The notes: a model not told the origin generated them from the sequence alone. A stretch of DNA of 64,000 nt from Spirulina sp. (GCA_044070495.1 JBIPSI010000001.1:128001-192000); one strand, 5' to 3'; shown: positions 19,273-29,399, counted from the stretch's first letter. Made by a program: numbers and translations.

Positions 19273-19638
19273 ATGGGTAGGGGGTTTAAGGAGTTGGAGG
19301 TTTATCAATTGTCGGAGCAGTTGGCTGACGCAATTTGGGAGATTGTTTTGACCTGGGATTTTTTCGCTAAAGACACTGTAGGCAAACAATTGGTCAGAGC
19401 TGCCGACAGCATTGGAGCCAATATTGCCGAGGGCACTGGCCGAGGCAGCTACCAAGATAATGCCCGTTTTATAACCATTGCCCGTGGCTCCCTCACCGAA
19501 ACCCAGCACTGGCTCCGCCGTGCCCATAACCGCCAACTTCTCACCACCGACCAAGTCGCCACCCTCAAACCCCTTATCGATACCCTAGCCCCCAAACTCA
19601 ATGCTTATCGCAATGCCATTCTTAATGCGAGGCGTTAA
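19273..19638 (+). CDS. Four-helix-bundle protein (23S rRNA-IVP / TIGR02436-like; Avd-related fold)
   Basis: FKELEVYQLS, QLVRAADSIGANIAEGTGR, FITIARGSLTETQHWL family motifs. Confidence 0.9.
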   Translation: MGRGFKELEVYQLSEQLADAIWEIVLTWDFFAKDTVGKQLVRAADSIGANIAEGTGRGSYQDNARFITIARGSLTETQHWLRRAHNRQLLTTDQVATLKPLIDTLAPKLNAYRNAILNARR

Positions 19639-19640
19639 TT

Positions 19641-19786
19641 GTTATTCGTTGTTTGTTATTCGTTGTTTGTTATTCGTTATTCGTTATTCGTTTCTAGTAA
19701 CCAACAACCAATAACCAATAACCAATAACCAATAACCAACAACCAACAACCAACAACCAATAACCAACAACCAATAACCAACAACC
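19641..19786 (+). repeat. Bipartite heptamer array: 7 x GTTRTTY, hinge GTT-TCTAGT, 12 x AACCAAY + AACC
   Basis: Read directly; ends at the cas2 ATG. Confidence 0.95.
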
Positions 19787-20080
19787 ATGACAAAACTCCT
19801 CTATCTAATCATTTACGATCTCCCTGACGACAAGGCCGCTAACAAACGCCGCAACCGTCTCCACAAGCTACTGTCGGGCTATGGTCAGTGGACTCAGTAC
19901 AGCGTGTTTGAGTGTTTTTTGACGGCGACTCAGTTTGCGCGGCTACAGGTGCAGCTAGAACGCCTGATTAAGCCAGAGACAGACTCGGTACGACTTTATG
20001 TTTTGGATGCTGGGGCGGTGAAGCGAACGCTGACCTACGGCTCTGAGAAGCCCCGCCAAACTGAGGCGATCATCCTATGA
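19787..20080 (+). CDS. cas2: CRISPR-associated Cas2
   Basis: YLIIYDL, YGQWTQYSVFEC, DSVRLY. Confidence 0.96.
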   Translation: MTKLLYLIIYDLPDDKAANKRRNRLHKLLSGYGQWTQYSVFECFLTATQFARLQVQLERLIKPETDSVRLYVLDAGAVKRTLTYGSEKPRQTEAIIL

Positions 20081-20289
20081 TGGAGGGGTGGCAATTTTCT
20101 GGCAAACCTCAGCAAGCCCAATTTCCCTGGGGGGTTCGCCAAAACCTTGGAACCTTGAAAATTCAATACTTTTTGATGATCCACCTAGGGGTAGGAGGTA
20201 TCCTAGAGGGGCGAGAGGCAACCGTTCTTAGGAGGTTCGCCAAAACAAGGGCCAAAACCCTTGCCAGACAAGGCTTCCAGGGCGCGGCC
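20081..20289 (+). promoter_or_regulatory. CRISPR leader
   Basis: Non-coding region between cas2 and the first repeat; GGTTCGCCAAAAC occurs twice (20133 and 20234). Confidence 0.8.
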
Positions 20290-23200
20290 CTCGCCAACCA
20301 CCCAATCTCGGCAACGAGACTGAAACAGGGCTGGTTTGATCCATCCTGAGGATGGATCACTCTCGCCAACCACCCAATCTCGGCAACGAGACTGAAACGT
20401 TTCGGTCTTTGGCGAGCGCCTGCGCCTGGAAAAACTCGCCAACCACCCAATCTCGGCAACGAGACTGAAACATATCTCTGCTGAAATCTCTAGGCTTAAT
20501 CGACATACTCGCCAACCACCCAATCTCGGCAACGAGACTGAAACAGGGCTGGGTCTAGGGCTTCATCAATGGCTCGTTCTGCTCGCCAACCACCCAATCT
20601 CGGCAACGAGACTGAAACCGGTCTCCGTTCTCCTGATCAATAATCTCCGTCCCGCTCGCCAACCACCCAATCTCGGCAACGAGACTGAAACAACGGCCTA
20701 TGGCGACATACGAACAACAACTGAAGCTCGCCAACCACCCAATCTCGGCAACGAGACTGAAACGCGCTGGCACGGCGGGGGGATCGACGCCGCCGTCGAC
20801 TCGCCAACCACCCAATCTCGGCAACGAGACTGAAACACCCACGAAGGCAAATCTAGCTACGCCCCTAGCCTAACTCGCCAACCACCCAATCTCGGCAACG
20901 AGACTGAAACAGTTGTTTGGCCTCCAGCCCTTCGATCCGCTCTTTCTCGCCAACCACCCAATCTCGGCAACGAGACTGAAACTAGTCTGGGGCGCGGTCC
21001 AGTAGTTCGTCGTTGCTGACTCGCCAACCACCCAATCTCGGCAACGAGACTGAAACAAAAACACCTTGACCCGAAACTGGGTCTTAGGAACGCTCGCCAA
21101 CCACCCAATCTCGGCAACGAGACTGAAACATCAAAATTCTGATCACCTTTCCCAAAAAACACCCCCTCGCCAACCACCCAATCTCGGCAACGAGACTGAA
21201 ACATATGCTGATCATGCCAAAGCTGTTGAGCCATCCAACTCGCCAACCACCCAATCTCGGCAACGAGACTGAAACATCGCTGCGCCGCGCCACTGCCGCC
21301 GAAAGCCCTCTCGCCAACCACCCAATCTCGGCAACGAGACTGAAACCAGCTTGTTTTATCGGGGCCAAATCTGCTTTTCTACTCGCCAACCACCCAATCT
21401 CGGCAACGAGACTGAAACGAGGATTTATGGGAGCTGCTGAGATGCCAAAAAGAAGCTCGCCAACCACCCAATCTCGGCAACGAGACTGAAACGAGCCGTC
21501 GATCCATCACATCGACCTGGCCCATCCCCTCGCCAACCACCCAATCTCGGCAACGAGACTGAAACGAGACCTCCCCGATTGAGGCGCAGGCGCAGATCGA
21601 CTCGCCAACCACCCAATCTCGGCAACGAGACTGAAACACTTCGTAGTTGAGGCAGAATCGGGCACCGCCAGGGCATCCCCTCGCCAACCACCCAATCTCG
21701 GCAACGAGACTGAAACCTTTAGCATCCAGCGCCGCTTGTAGGTCGGTCTGGTCTCGCCAACCACCCAATCTCGGCAACGAGACTGAAACCCAACCTCTTT
21801 GTCTGGGATGATCCGAGCCATCAAGTCTCGCCAACCACCCAATCTCGGCAACGAGACTGAAACCGTCAAAACTTGTGAGCTTCTTCGCTAACTCATCACT
21901 CGCCAACCACCCAATCTCGGCAACGAGACTGAAACTAGGCTCTGAAACTACCGCTGGGGACGGCGTTGGGGGCTCGCCAACCACCCAATCTCGGCAACGA
22001 GACTGAAACTAAACTTCCCATGGGTCGTTGCTGTTGCTAGCAGGCTCGCCAACCACCCAATCTCGGCAACGAGACTGAAACAGGTAAAGCTCATCGTCAG
22101 GCGTGGCCACATCAGGGGCTCGCCAACCACCCAATCTCGGCAACGAGACTGAAACATATCGGGTAACCATTGCCGATCAAAGTCGCTGTTAACTCGCCAA
22201 CCACCCAATCTCGGCAACGAGACTGAAACTGACCGATGGCTCTTGAAGACCTTTACGGAAAGATTCTGGCTCGCCAACCACCCAATCTCGGCAACGAGAC
22301 TGAAACCGCTCCCTGCCACCGTCTAGGAACTTTGAGAACGGCTCGCCAACCACCCAATCTCGGCAACGAGACTGAAACTTTGCCCACGGGGGTCGGCGAT
22401 CCAAACTTGTCGGCCTCGCCAACCACCCAATCTCGGCAACGAGACTGAAACAGGGATGGCCCTCCCCGTCTCGATCTAAGTACGGGCTCGCCAACCACCC
22501 AATCTCGGCAACGAGACTGAAACCCCCGAATCAACGGCTCGGCGAAATCGTTAAATCCACTCGCCAACCACCCAATCTCGGCAACGAGACTGAAACAGCT
22601 CCTAGCAGCGTGATTGCCTGTTTCGAGCCTACTCGCCAACCACCCAATCTCGGCAACGAGACTGAAACGTGCCGTTCTTGCTGAACAGGTTTGCGAATAG
22701 GGCTCGCCAACCACCCAATCTCGGCAACGAGACTGAAACTTGTTGAATTGAACTTTGATTCGCTGAATGGGCGGAGCTCGCCAACCACCCAATCTCGGCA
22801 ACGAGACTGAAACGACATTCTTTGTCTAGAGCGGCATTGATTCTTTTTGCTCGCCAACCACCCAATCTCGGCAACGAGACTGAAACAAAACAAACGTACA
22901 AAGGAGGACGTATGTTAAAATCCAGCTCGCCAACCACCCAATCTCGGCAACGAGACTGAAACGAGGAATTGCACCTCCGGCAGTAGTCGCCACTGCCCCT
23001 CGCCAACCACCCAATCTCGGCAACGAGACTGAAACCCCTCGGTGCTTCGAATTCCCCTGGGGGTATACGTTCTCGCCAACCACCCAATCTCGGCAACGAG
23101 ACTGAAACTCCTCGCGGACGTTGGCCCAGTAGTGGGCGGAGTCCTCGCCAACCACCCAATCTCGGCAACGAGACTGAAACACTGCCCTCAGATACTAGTC

Positions 23201-24269
23201 CCACAATTCGGGTTTCTCGCCAACCACCCAATCTCGGCAACGAGACTGAAACCCATCCATCAGTTGCAGATAATCAATAAACACCATCTCGCCAACCACC
23301 CAATCTCGGCAACGAGACTGAAACGCTCTCGCATCCCCGCTACCCCTGCCATTACCCGCAACTCGCCAACCACCCAATCTCGGCAACGAGACTGAAACTT
23401 GCTGGGCTATTTCTAACACCATCTGCCACATTATCTCGCCAACCACCCAATCTCGGCAACGAGACTGAAACTGGACTCATCAACACCGTGCCAATGTGCC
23501 AATCCGAACTCGCCAACCACCCAATCTCGGCAACGAGACTGAAACCCTGCCCTCGCTCGCATGGCCCAACAAGAGTTACCTCGCCAACCACCCAATCTCG
23601 GCAACGAGACTGAAACAAAGAGGCGCGGGAATATCACCGCAATGAGAAACACCACTCGCCAACCACCCAATCTCGGCAACGAGACTGAAACGGGGCACGG
23701 CATTTCCTTCGGATGGCGATGGAGAAGCTCGCCAACCACCCAATCTCGGCAACGAGACTGAAACGACTGGCTACGCAGCACCTATGACGCCAACAAGGTC
23801 TCGCCAACCACCCAATCTCGGCAACGAGACTGAAACGGGACGGGCGGGGATGGTGGCGCTGCTGGCACCCACCTCGCCAACCACCCAATCTCGGCAACGA
23901 GACTGAAACCTTACTCCGGTAAGGTTGGCGCGGTCATATCCGCATACTCGCCAACCACCCAATCTCGGCAACGAGACTGAAACGGCGCTTCTCCCCTGGC
24001 GGCGGCGTAGGCTTTGGCTCGCCAACCACCCAATCTCGGCAACGAGACTGAAACTGTTTCCTCCATCGCCTTCTTGATGGCCCCAGACCAGGCTCGCCAA
24101 CCACCCAATCTCGGCAACGAGACTGAAACCGGAAATCGTCGTTGTAGCGGTACAACCGTTTCACCCTCGCCAACCACCCAATCTCGGCAACGAGACTGAA
24201 ACTGGGAGAATGGGAATCACCGGATACGGAAAAAAGATCTCGCCAACCACCCAATCTCGGCAACGAGAC
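20290..24269 (+). CRISPR. Type I-D CRISPR array: 37-bp repeat CTCGCCAACCACCCAATCTCGGCAACGAGACTGAAAC, 55 repeats (last truncated) and 54 spacers of ~34-42 bp
   Basis: Hand-counted identical repeats with a TCTCG-GCAA-CGAGA hairpin and ACTGAAAC 3' handle; the degenerate terminal repeat at 24239 fixes the orientation. Confidence 0.98.
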
Positions 24270-24463
24270 GGTCTGCCTTTTGTCTTCAGTCCTCTACCTG
24301 CTAGCCCTAGGTTAAAGACTGCACAGCAGGGAGACCGGAGGCAAAATGTTTTGCCGTATAGTTTAAGGTCTGATTAAAGGCGGGCTTGGCCTTAGCATAG
24401 TGGTGTGTGCGGCCTTGTCTAGGGCCGTTAGATTGGCCGTCTCTCAACCCGTTGAGCGTTCCT

Positions 24464-27400
24464 ATGTCTCCAGTTCATCTTCAAGCGCAGTTAGACCGTT
24501 ACTACCAGCAGGTGAAGCGGGTGATTCTGTCACGGCAGCACCCCGTTAGTGGTCTGATGCCTGCCAGCACGGCGGTGAACAGCCACGGCAACTACACGGA
24601 TGCCTGGGTGCGGGATAACGTCTACAGCATTTTGGCGGTGTGGGGCTTGGCCCTGGCCTACCGGCAACTGGACGACGACCAGGGGCGCACCGTGGAGCTA
24701 GAGCAGAGCGTCGTTAAGCTGATGCGGGGGCTGCTGGTGGCCAAACTGCGGCAGGCCCACAAGGTCGAGCGGTTTAAGGAACGACAGCACCCCCTGGAAG
24801 CACTCCATGCCAAGTACGATACCGCCACCGGAAATCCTGTGGTGGGGGATGACGAGTGGGGCCATTTGCAGATTGACGCCACCTCGGTCTTTTTGTTGAT
24901 GTTGGCCCAGATGACGGCCTCCGGGTTGCAGATCGTCTACACCCTAGACGAAGTGAACTTTGTGCAAAACCTGGTCTACTACATTGGCCGCGCCTACCGC
25001 ACCCCCGACTACGGCATTTGGGAGCGGGGCAACAAAATCAACCACGGTAAGCCAGAACTCAACGTTAGCTCCGTGGGGATGGCCAAGGCGGCACTAGAGG
25101 CCATGCGCGGCATTAACCTATTTGGGATGCGGGGGGGGCAGGCGTCGATTATCCATGTGCTGACCGACGAGATCGCCCGTGCCCGGATTACCCTAGAATC
25201 GCTGCTGCCGAGGGAATCCGGTTCCAAGGAAGTAGATGCCGCCCTGCTGAGCGTGATTGGCTTTCCGGCCTTTGCGGTGGAGGATGCGGATTTGGTTCGC
25301 AAAACTCGCCAAAAGATCGTCGATAAGCTGCAAGGCAACTACGGCTGCAAGCGCTTTTTGCGGGACGGCCACCAAACCGTGATCGAAGACACCACCCGCC
25401 TCCACTACGAACCGGAGGAACTGCGCCAGTTTGAGCATATTGAGTGCGAGTGGCCGCTGTTTTTTACCTACCTCTGGCTAGATAGCCTGTTTGCGGGGGA
25501 TCAGGCCCAGATTTGCTTCTACCAAGAACGGCTGGCGGCCTTGGAAATCCAGCGCGACGGGGTGGGACTGCTGCCGGAACTTTATTATGTGCCGGAAGAT
25601 AAGCTGGAACTGGAGCGGGAAAAACCCGGTAGCCAAATCCGCGAACCCAACGACAACTTGCCTTTGGTATGGGCACAAAGTCTCTATATTTTGGGCCAAC
25701 TGGTGCGGGATGGGCTGCTGAAACCGGGGGATCTCGACCCCCTGGGACGGCATTTGAAGGTGGGCGAACAGCGCTATCCCCTGGTGCAGATTGCCCTGGT
25801 GGCAGAGGATAAGGCCCTCCAGGCGGAACTGAGCAACTGCGGTCTGCCTACCCAAACCCTGGAGGAAGTCGATCCTGTCCAGGTGTTCCCGGCCTCGGAA
25901 CTATCCGCTATCTATGCCGAAATTGGCAAAAACGAGACCCTGGGCATTAGCGGGCGTCCGGTGCGGCGGCTGCGGAGTTTAACCACCTCCCGCCTGTTTC
26001 GCATCCAGGGCCAGCCAGCGGTGTTTCTGCCCTCGTTTTTAGACCAGCAGCGGTTTTACCTGACCTTGGACTACCACTTTTTGGTGGCCCAAATTCGCAG
26101 CGAACTGGCCTATATTTACGACCACTGGCGCGAACCAGGCCGCCCCACGGTGACGCTGCTCCTCACCCACGCCATGTTCCAACTGGGGCACAAGCCCATC
26201 CACCAATCGCCCCTACTGGCCCTGATGCAGGAACTCAGCACCGGACGCTGTAACCATGTGCCCGTGCGGGTTGGCCCTTTGCACCAGTTGATCATGACCG
26301 CCAGCCAGGAGCGGGTAGACAACGTCAACAACTACCAGTTGGGCAGCCATTCCGTGGGCTACAACCCTCTATGGACAGGCTACCTAGGCTTCGAGCCGGG
26401 ACGGGATGGCCCGCTTTCGCTGCTGGAGGAATTTGATCTGGAGCAGGAAACCGACCTGGAGCGCATCCTCAGCCACCTGCGAGAGTCGAGCAATGTCTAT
26501 GAACAAATTGAACTGCTCAGCACCCTCAAACACCTGAAGGGGCTGGGGTTTGATACGGGGTTGGGTGGCCCTAATCGCGCCGTAACGGTGGAAAACCTGC
26601 TAGACGAAATCTACGCCAAGGCCAGCCAGCTCGAACAGTGGGACATTCTACGGCGGGCGGCGGGCCTGCTGGAAAAGGCCGACATCACCCTCTCGGATGC
26701 CGTGACCGAACTGCTGGTGCGCCAAAAGCAAATCTCCGTGGGCAAAGCCTACAGCGAAGCCTCTCTGATCACCGATCCCATGGCCCATGGGGAAATTGTC
26801 GAAAAAATCCGCACCTTCTGCGGCGACGATGTGCGCGACCACGTCCTCACCCAGGAGGTGTTGATCGATCTCAGTTTGTTGATCAAAGCCGAACCGACCC
26901 TCTTTGACGGCCTGTTGACCCTGCGGGTGGGCTACCTGCTGCTGCTGCTAACTAGCGAACTGGCCCGCGAGGATAACCTCCCCCAGGACGAAGCCTACGG
27001 CCAGTTGTTGGCCCTCAGCCCCCATGAGCTAAAAAAACGCCTGCGTCAAGTCCTGGCCGGGTTCAGCGGCCTCAACCAGTCCATCTTCCAGCGGGAATCG
27101 CTGCACGTTAAACCCCATAGCGCCATCAACTGGCAGGTCATCCCCGACCAACTGGAGGAAATTCCTGCAACCGAAGCCCCCACCCCCCAAGACTGGTGGC
27201 GAATGCGCGTCATCGACGGCGAAATTGCCCGCATTCCCCCAGAATTTTACCGCCAGGTGTGGGAGGTGCTGCGCCATTCCAAGGGCATCGTCATCGGCAA
27301 CAAGCTAGATCGCAAAAATCGACTGGATAGCGACCGCATCCTCTCGGAAATGACTCCGGGCGAGCAAAACTTCGAGCGGCGCATCATCCACCTGCTCAGC

Positions 27401-27706
27401 AAAATCCAGGCTCCAGAATATCGCCACGTCAACCTCGAAGCCCTGCGGGAAATGGGGCAAATTTTCAAAGTAAACCCCGACCTGTACTTCGAGGACTATA
27501 TTTACCTAGACGTGCTAATCGGCCACGCCGTCCGCCTCGGCTGGCTGGATCAACAGCCCGAACGTCTGGAGACCTACGAATCCGACAAAGCCCAGGCATG
27601 GCATTCCTTCTACCAACTGCCCCCGGCCCAGTGCGCCACCTACATCGCCATGGCCCTCCAGTTCCTCACCGTCCTCGGCGAAGCAGAACCAGAACCCGTC
27701 GCCTAG
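24464..27706 (+). CDS. Glycoside hydrolase family 15 / phosphorylase kinase alpha-beta-like protein
   Basis: DAWVRDNVYS, WGHLQIDATS, PDYGIWERG, KRFLRDGHQT, IECEWPLF; ATG 24464 chosen (ORF open from 24407). Confidence 0.88.
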   Translation: MSPVHLQAQLDRYYQQVKRVILSRQHPVSGLMPASTAVNSHGNYTDAWVRDNVYSILAVWGLALAYRQLDDDQGRTVELEQSVVKLMRGLLVAKLRQAHKVERFKERQHPLEALHAKYDTATGNPVVGDDEWGHLQIDATSVFLLMLAQMTASGLQIVYTLDEVNFVQNLVYYIGRAYRTPDYGIWERGNKINHGKPELNVSSVGMAKAALEAMRGINLFGMRGGQASIIHVLTDEIARARITLESLLPRESGSKEVDAALLSVIGFPAFAVEDADLVRKTRQKIVDKLQGNYGCKRFLRDGHQTVIEDTTRLHYEPEELRQFEHIECEWPLFFTYLWLDSLFAGDQAQICFYQERLAALEIQRDGVGLLPELYYVPEDKLELEREKPGSQIREPNDNLPLVWAQSLYILGQLVRDGLLKPGDLDPLGRHLKVGEQRYPLVQIALVAEDKALQAELSNCGLPTQTLEEVDPVQVFPASELSAIYAEIGKNETLGISGRPVRRLRSLTTSRLFRIQGQPAVFLPSFLDQQRFYLTLDYHFLVAQIRSELAYIYDHWREPGRPTVTLLLTHAMFQLGHKPIHQSPLLALMQELSTGRCNHVPVRVGPLHQLIMTASQERVDNVNNYQLGSHSVGYNPLWTGYLGFEPGRDGPLSLLEEFDLEQETDLERILSHLRESSNVYEQIELLSTLKHLKGLGFDTGLGGPNRAVTVENLLDEIYAKASQLEQWDILRRAAGLLEKADITLSDAVTELLVRQKQISVGKAYSEASLITDPMAHGEIVEKIRTFCGDDVRDHVLTQEVLIDLSLLIKAEPTLFDGLLTLRVGYLLLLLTSELAREDNLPQDEAYGQLLALSPHELKKRLRQVLAGFSGLNQSIFQRESLHVKPHSAINWQVIPDQLEEIPATEAPTPQDWWRMRVIDGEIARIPPEFYRQVWEVLRHSKGIVIGNKLDRKNRLDSDRILSEMTPGEQNFERRIIHLLSKIQAPEYRHVNLEALREMGQIFKVNPDLYFEDYIYLDVLIGHAVRLGWLDQQPERLETYESDKAQAWHSFYQLPPAQCATYIAMALQFLTVLGEAEPEPVA

Positions 27707-27851
27707 ACCAAGGGGTAGGGCGAGGGCGTTTGGCCTACCGCTGCCCGTTGTCATACCCCTTTGGCAAGAGATGTTGCGGAGGGATATGTTTTAAACCACT
27801 GATAATATAGAGTAAAGTATATCTAATCCAACAAACCCATAGACTTAAACG

Positions 27852-28133
27852 ATGGTCGATCTGCTGAGCTATAGCTGCATCACCCTGGGGGTGGTGTTTT
27901 GGTTTTGGGGCACCTGGCCGCTGCTGGGGTCGAGGTCGGTGCTCTTTAAGCTGCACGGGCTTTCCGTAGCCGACACCCTTGGTTCCATGGCCATTGTGGC
28001 GGGGCTGCTGCTCAAAATTCCCAGCGAATGGCCGCTGCTGGTGTTGGGACTGATCACCCTGGCGCTGTGGAATACGGTGCTGGGCTACGTGCTGGCCTAC
28101 TGTTCCATTCCGGAGACTAGCGATGATCGATAG
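27852..28133 (+). CDS. mnhG: Mrp Na+/H+ antiporter subunit G
   Basis: FKLHGLSVADTLGS motif, 3 hydrophobic segments. Confidence 0.8.
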   Translation: MVDLLSYSCITLGVVFWFWGTWPLLGSRSVLFKLHGLSVADTLGSMAIVAGLLLKIPSEWPLLVLGLITLALWNTVLGYVLAYCSIPETSDDR

Positions 28134-28737
28134 CTATGTCTACGCCATTGTGGCCCTGCTGCCCCTCTCGGCCCTGATGCTGATGATTCAAACCAATCCC
28201 TACCAGGCCTTGGTGATTCGCGGCATTTTAGGGGCCGTCGCGGCCTTGGTCTATGCGGTGTTGGGCGGTGCCGATGTGGCCCTCACGGAAGCGCTGGTGG
28301 GCACCATGCTGGCGGTCACGCTCTTTGCCGTGGCGGTGCGATCTTCCTTGGTCATGCGCCTGGGTGTCCTCGAAGCGGACATGGCCGAGGCCAAAGTCCC
28401 CCTCCATGGCTCGGTTCCGGCTTTGCGTACGGTGCTGAAACAGCATTATCTGCGCCTGGAAATGGTGCCCTATGCCCATGCCGATAGCCTCAGCCAAGCC
28501 CTCACCAGCAAGGACGTGCACGGTATCTACCAGGCTCCATCGGGGCCGAGGGCCACGGCCGCAGAATCGTCTCAGACGGCGGATGGCCTCACCCTGCGCG
28601 TCCCTCGCCTCTACGAAATCCTCAGCGCCGAGTTACCCTCCGGCTCGGTTCCGGTTCACCTGCTATCTCCCGGCGAGTTGCCCCCCGCGACCGCCCCATC
28701 CGTCCCTCCTACCCTCACGGAGACCCCCTATCCATGA
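28123..28737 (+). CDS. Mrp-associated DUF4040 (MrpA C-terminal/MbhD-like) membrane protein
   Basis: GGADVALTEALVGT motif; overlaps its neighbours. Confidence 0.78.
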   Translation: MIDSYVYAIVALLPLSALMLMIQTNPYQALVIRGILGAVAALVYAVLGGADVALTEALVGTMLAVTLFAVAVRSSLVMRLGVLEADMAEAKVPLHGSVPALRTVLKQHYLRLEMVPYAHADSLSQALTSKDVHGIYQAPSGPRATAAESSQTADGLTLRVPRLYEILSAELPSGSVPVHLLSPGELPPATAPSVPPTLTETPYP

Positions 28738-29399
28738 AGTGGATTTATCTCGCGGCTGGCGTGCTGATGTTCCTTAAAATTTTGGTGCTGCCCGATCCTT
28801 CCACCGTTGCGGCAGAGGAGGGGATTGTTTCCGCCATTGTGGCGGATAGCGGGGTGCCCAATGCCGTATCGGGCATTATTTTCCGCAACCGCCTCTACGA
28901 CACCATTTTTGAAGTGGTCGTGTTCACCATCGCCATCATGGGGGCCAAATACCTCCTGGCAGACGAAGTGCCCAACGCCCCCTTCTATCGCTTCACCGAC
29001 GAGCCTTCCATTGTGCTAGCCCGCCTGGGGGCCACCATCGCCGCCCTGGTCAGCATCGAACTGGCGATTCGGGGGCACCTCAGCCCTGGGGGTGGGTTTG
29101 CGGCGGGGGTGGCTGGGGGCACCGCCATTGGCCTCGTTGCCATTACCGCCCCCTCGGCGGAATGGATGCAGACCCTCTACGAACGTTGGCAGGCGTCCGT
29201 CTGGGAAAAGGTATCGGTGCTCATCTTCATTGTGCTGGCGGTGATCACCCTCATCGGGCTAGAACTGCCCCAGGGCGAAGTGGGCACCCTGCTGAGCGGC
29301 GGCATGATTCCCCTGCTGAACATTCTGGTCGCCCTCAAAGTAGCCCTGGGTTCCTGGGCCGCTATCTTAATCTTCATTCGCTATCGGGGGCTGCTATGA
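28734..29399 (+). CDS. mnhB: Mrp Na+/H+ antiporter subunit B
   Basis: PNAVSGIIFRNRLYDTIFE, GHLSPGGGFAAG. Confidence 0.85.
   Translation: MKWIYLAAGVLMFLKILVLPDPSTVAAEEGIVSAIVADSGVPNAVSGIIFRNRLYDTIFEVVVFTIAIMGAKYLLADEVPNAPFYRFTDEPSIVLARLGATIAALVSIELAIRGHLSPGGGFAAGVAGGTAIGLVAITAPSAEWMQTLYERWQASVWEKVSVLIFIVLAVITLIGLELPQGEVGTLLSGGMIPLLNILVALKVALGSWAAILIFIRYRGLL

Noticed and set aside
19273..19638. Diversity-generating retroelement (Avd-like gene)
   Set aside because: No reverse transcriptase and no template/variable repeat pair seen in the window; the protein fits the generic four-helix-bundle family.
20545..20581. Spacers 1 and 4 both begin AGGGCTGG
   Set aside because: An 8-nt match only, with unrelated remainders; not a duplication.
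20764..20799. Self-targeting: spacer 7 shares GGATCGACGCCGCCG with 37740-37754
   Set aside because: Only 15 GC-rich nt of 36 match and the flanks differ; compatible with chance.
20077..24263. Many ORFs over the leader and CRISPR array
   Set aside because: They are translations of the repeat (FQSRCRDWVVGE, VSVSLPRLGGWR), not genes.
3770..24300. tRNA-anchored integrative island or CRISPR-associated transposon
   Set aside because: No integrase or tns/tniQ genes, and no duplicated tRNA 3' end found. The cas3-hepT block looks AT-richer, but that alone does not define an element.
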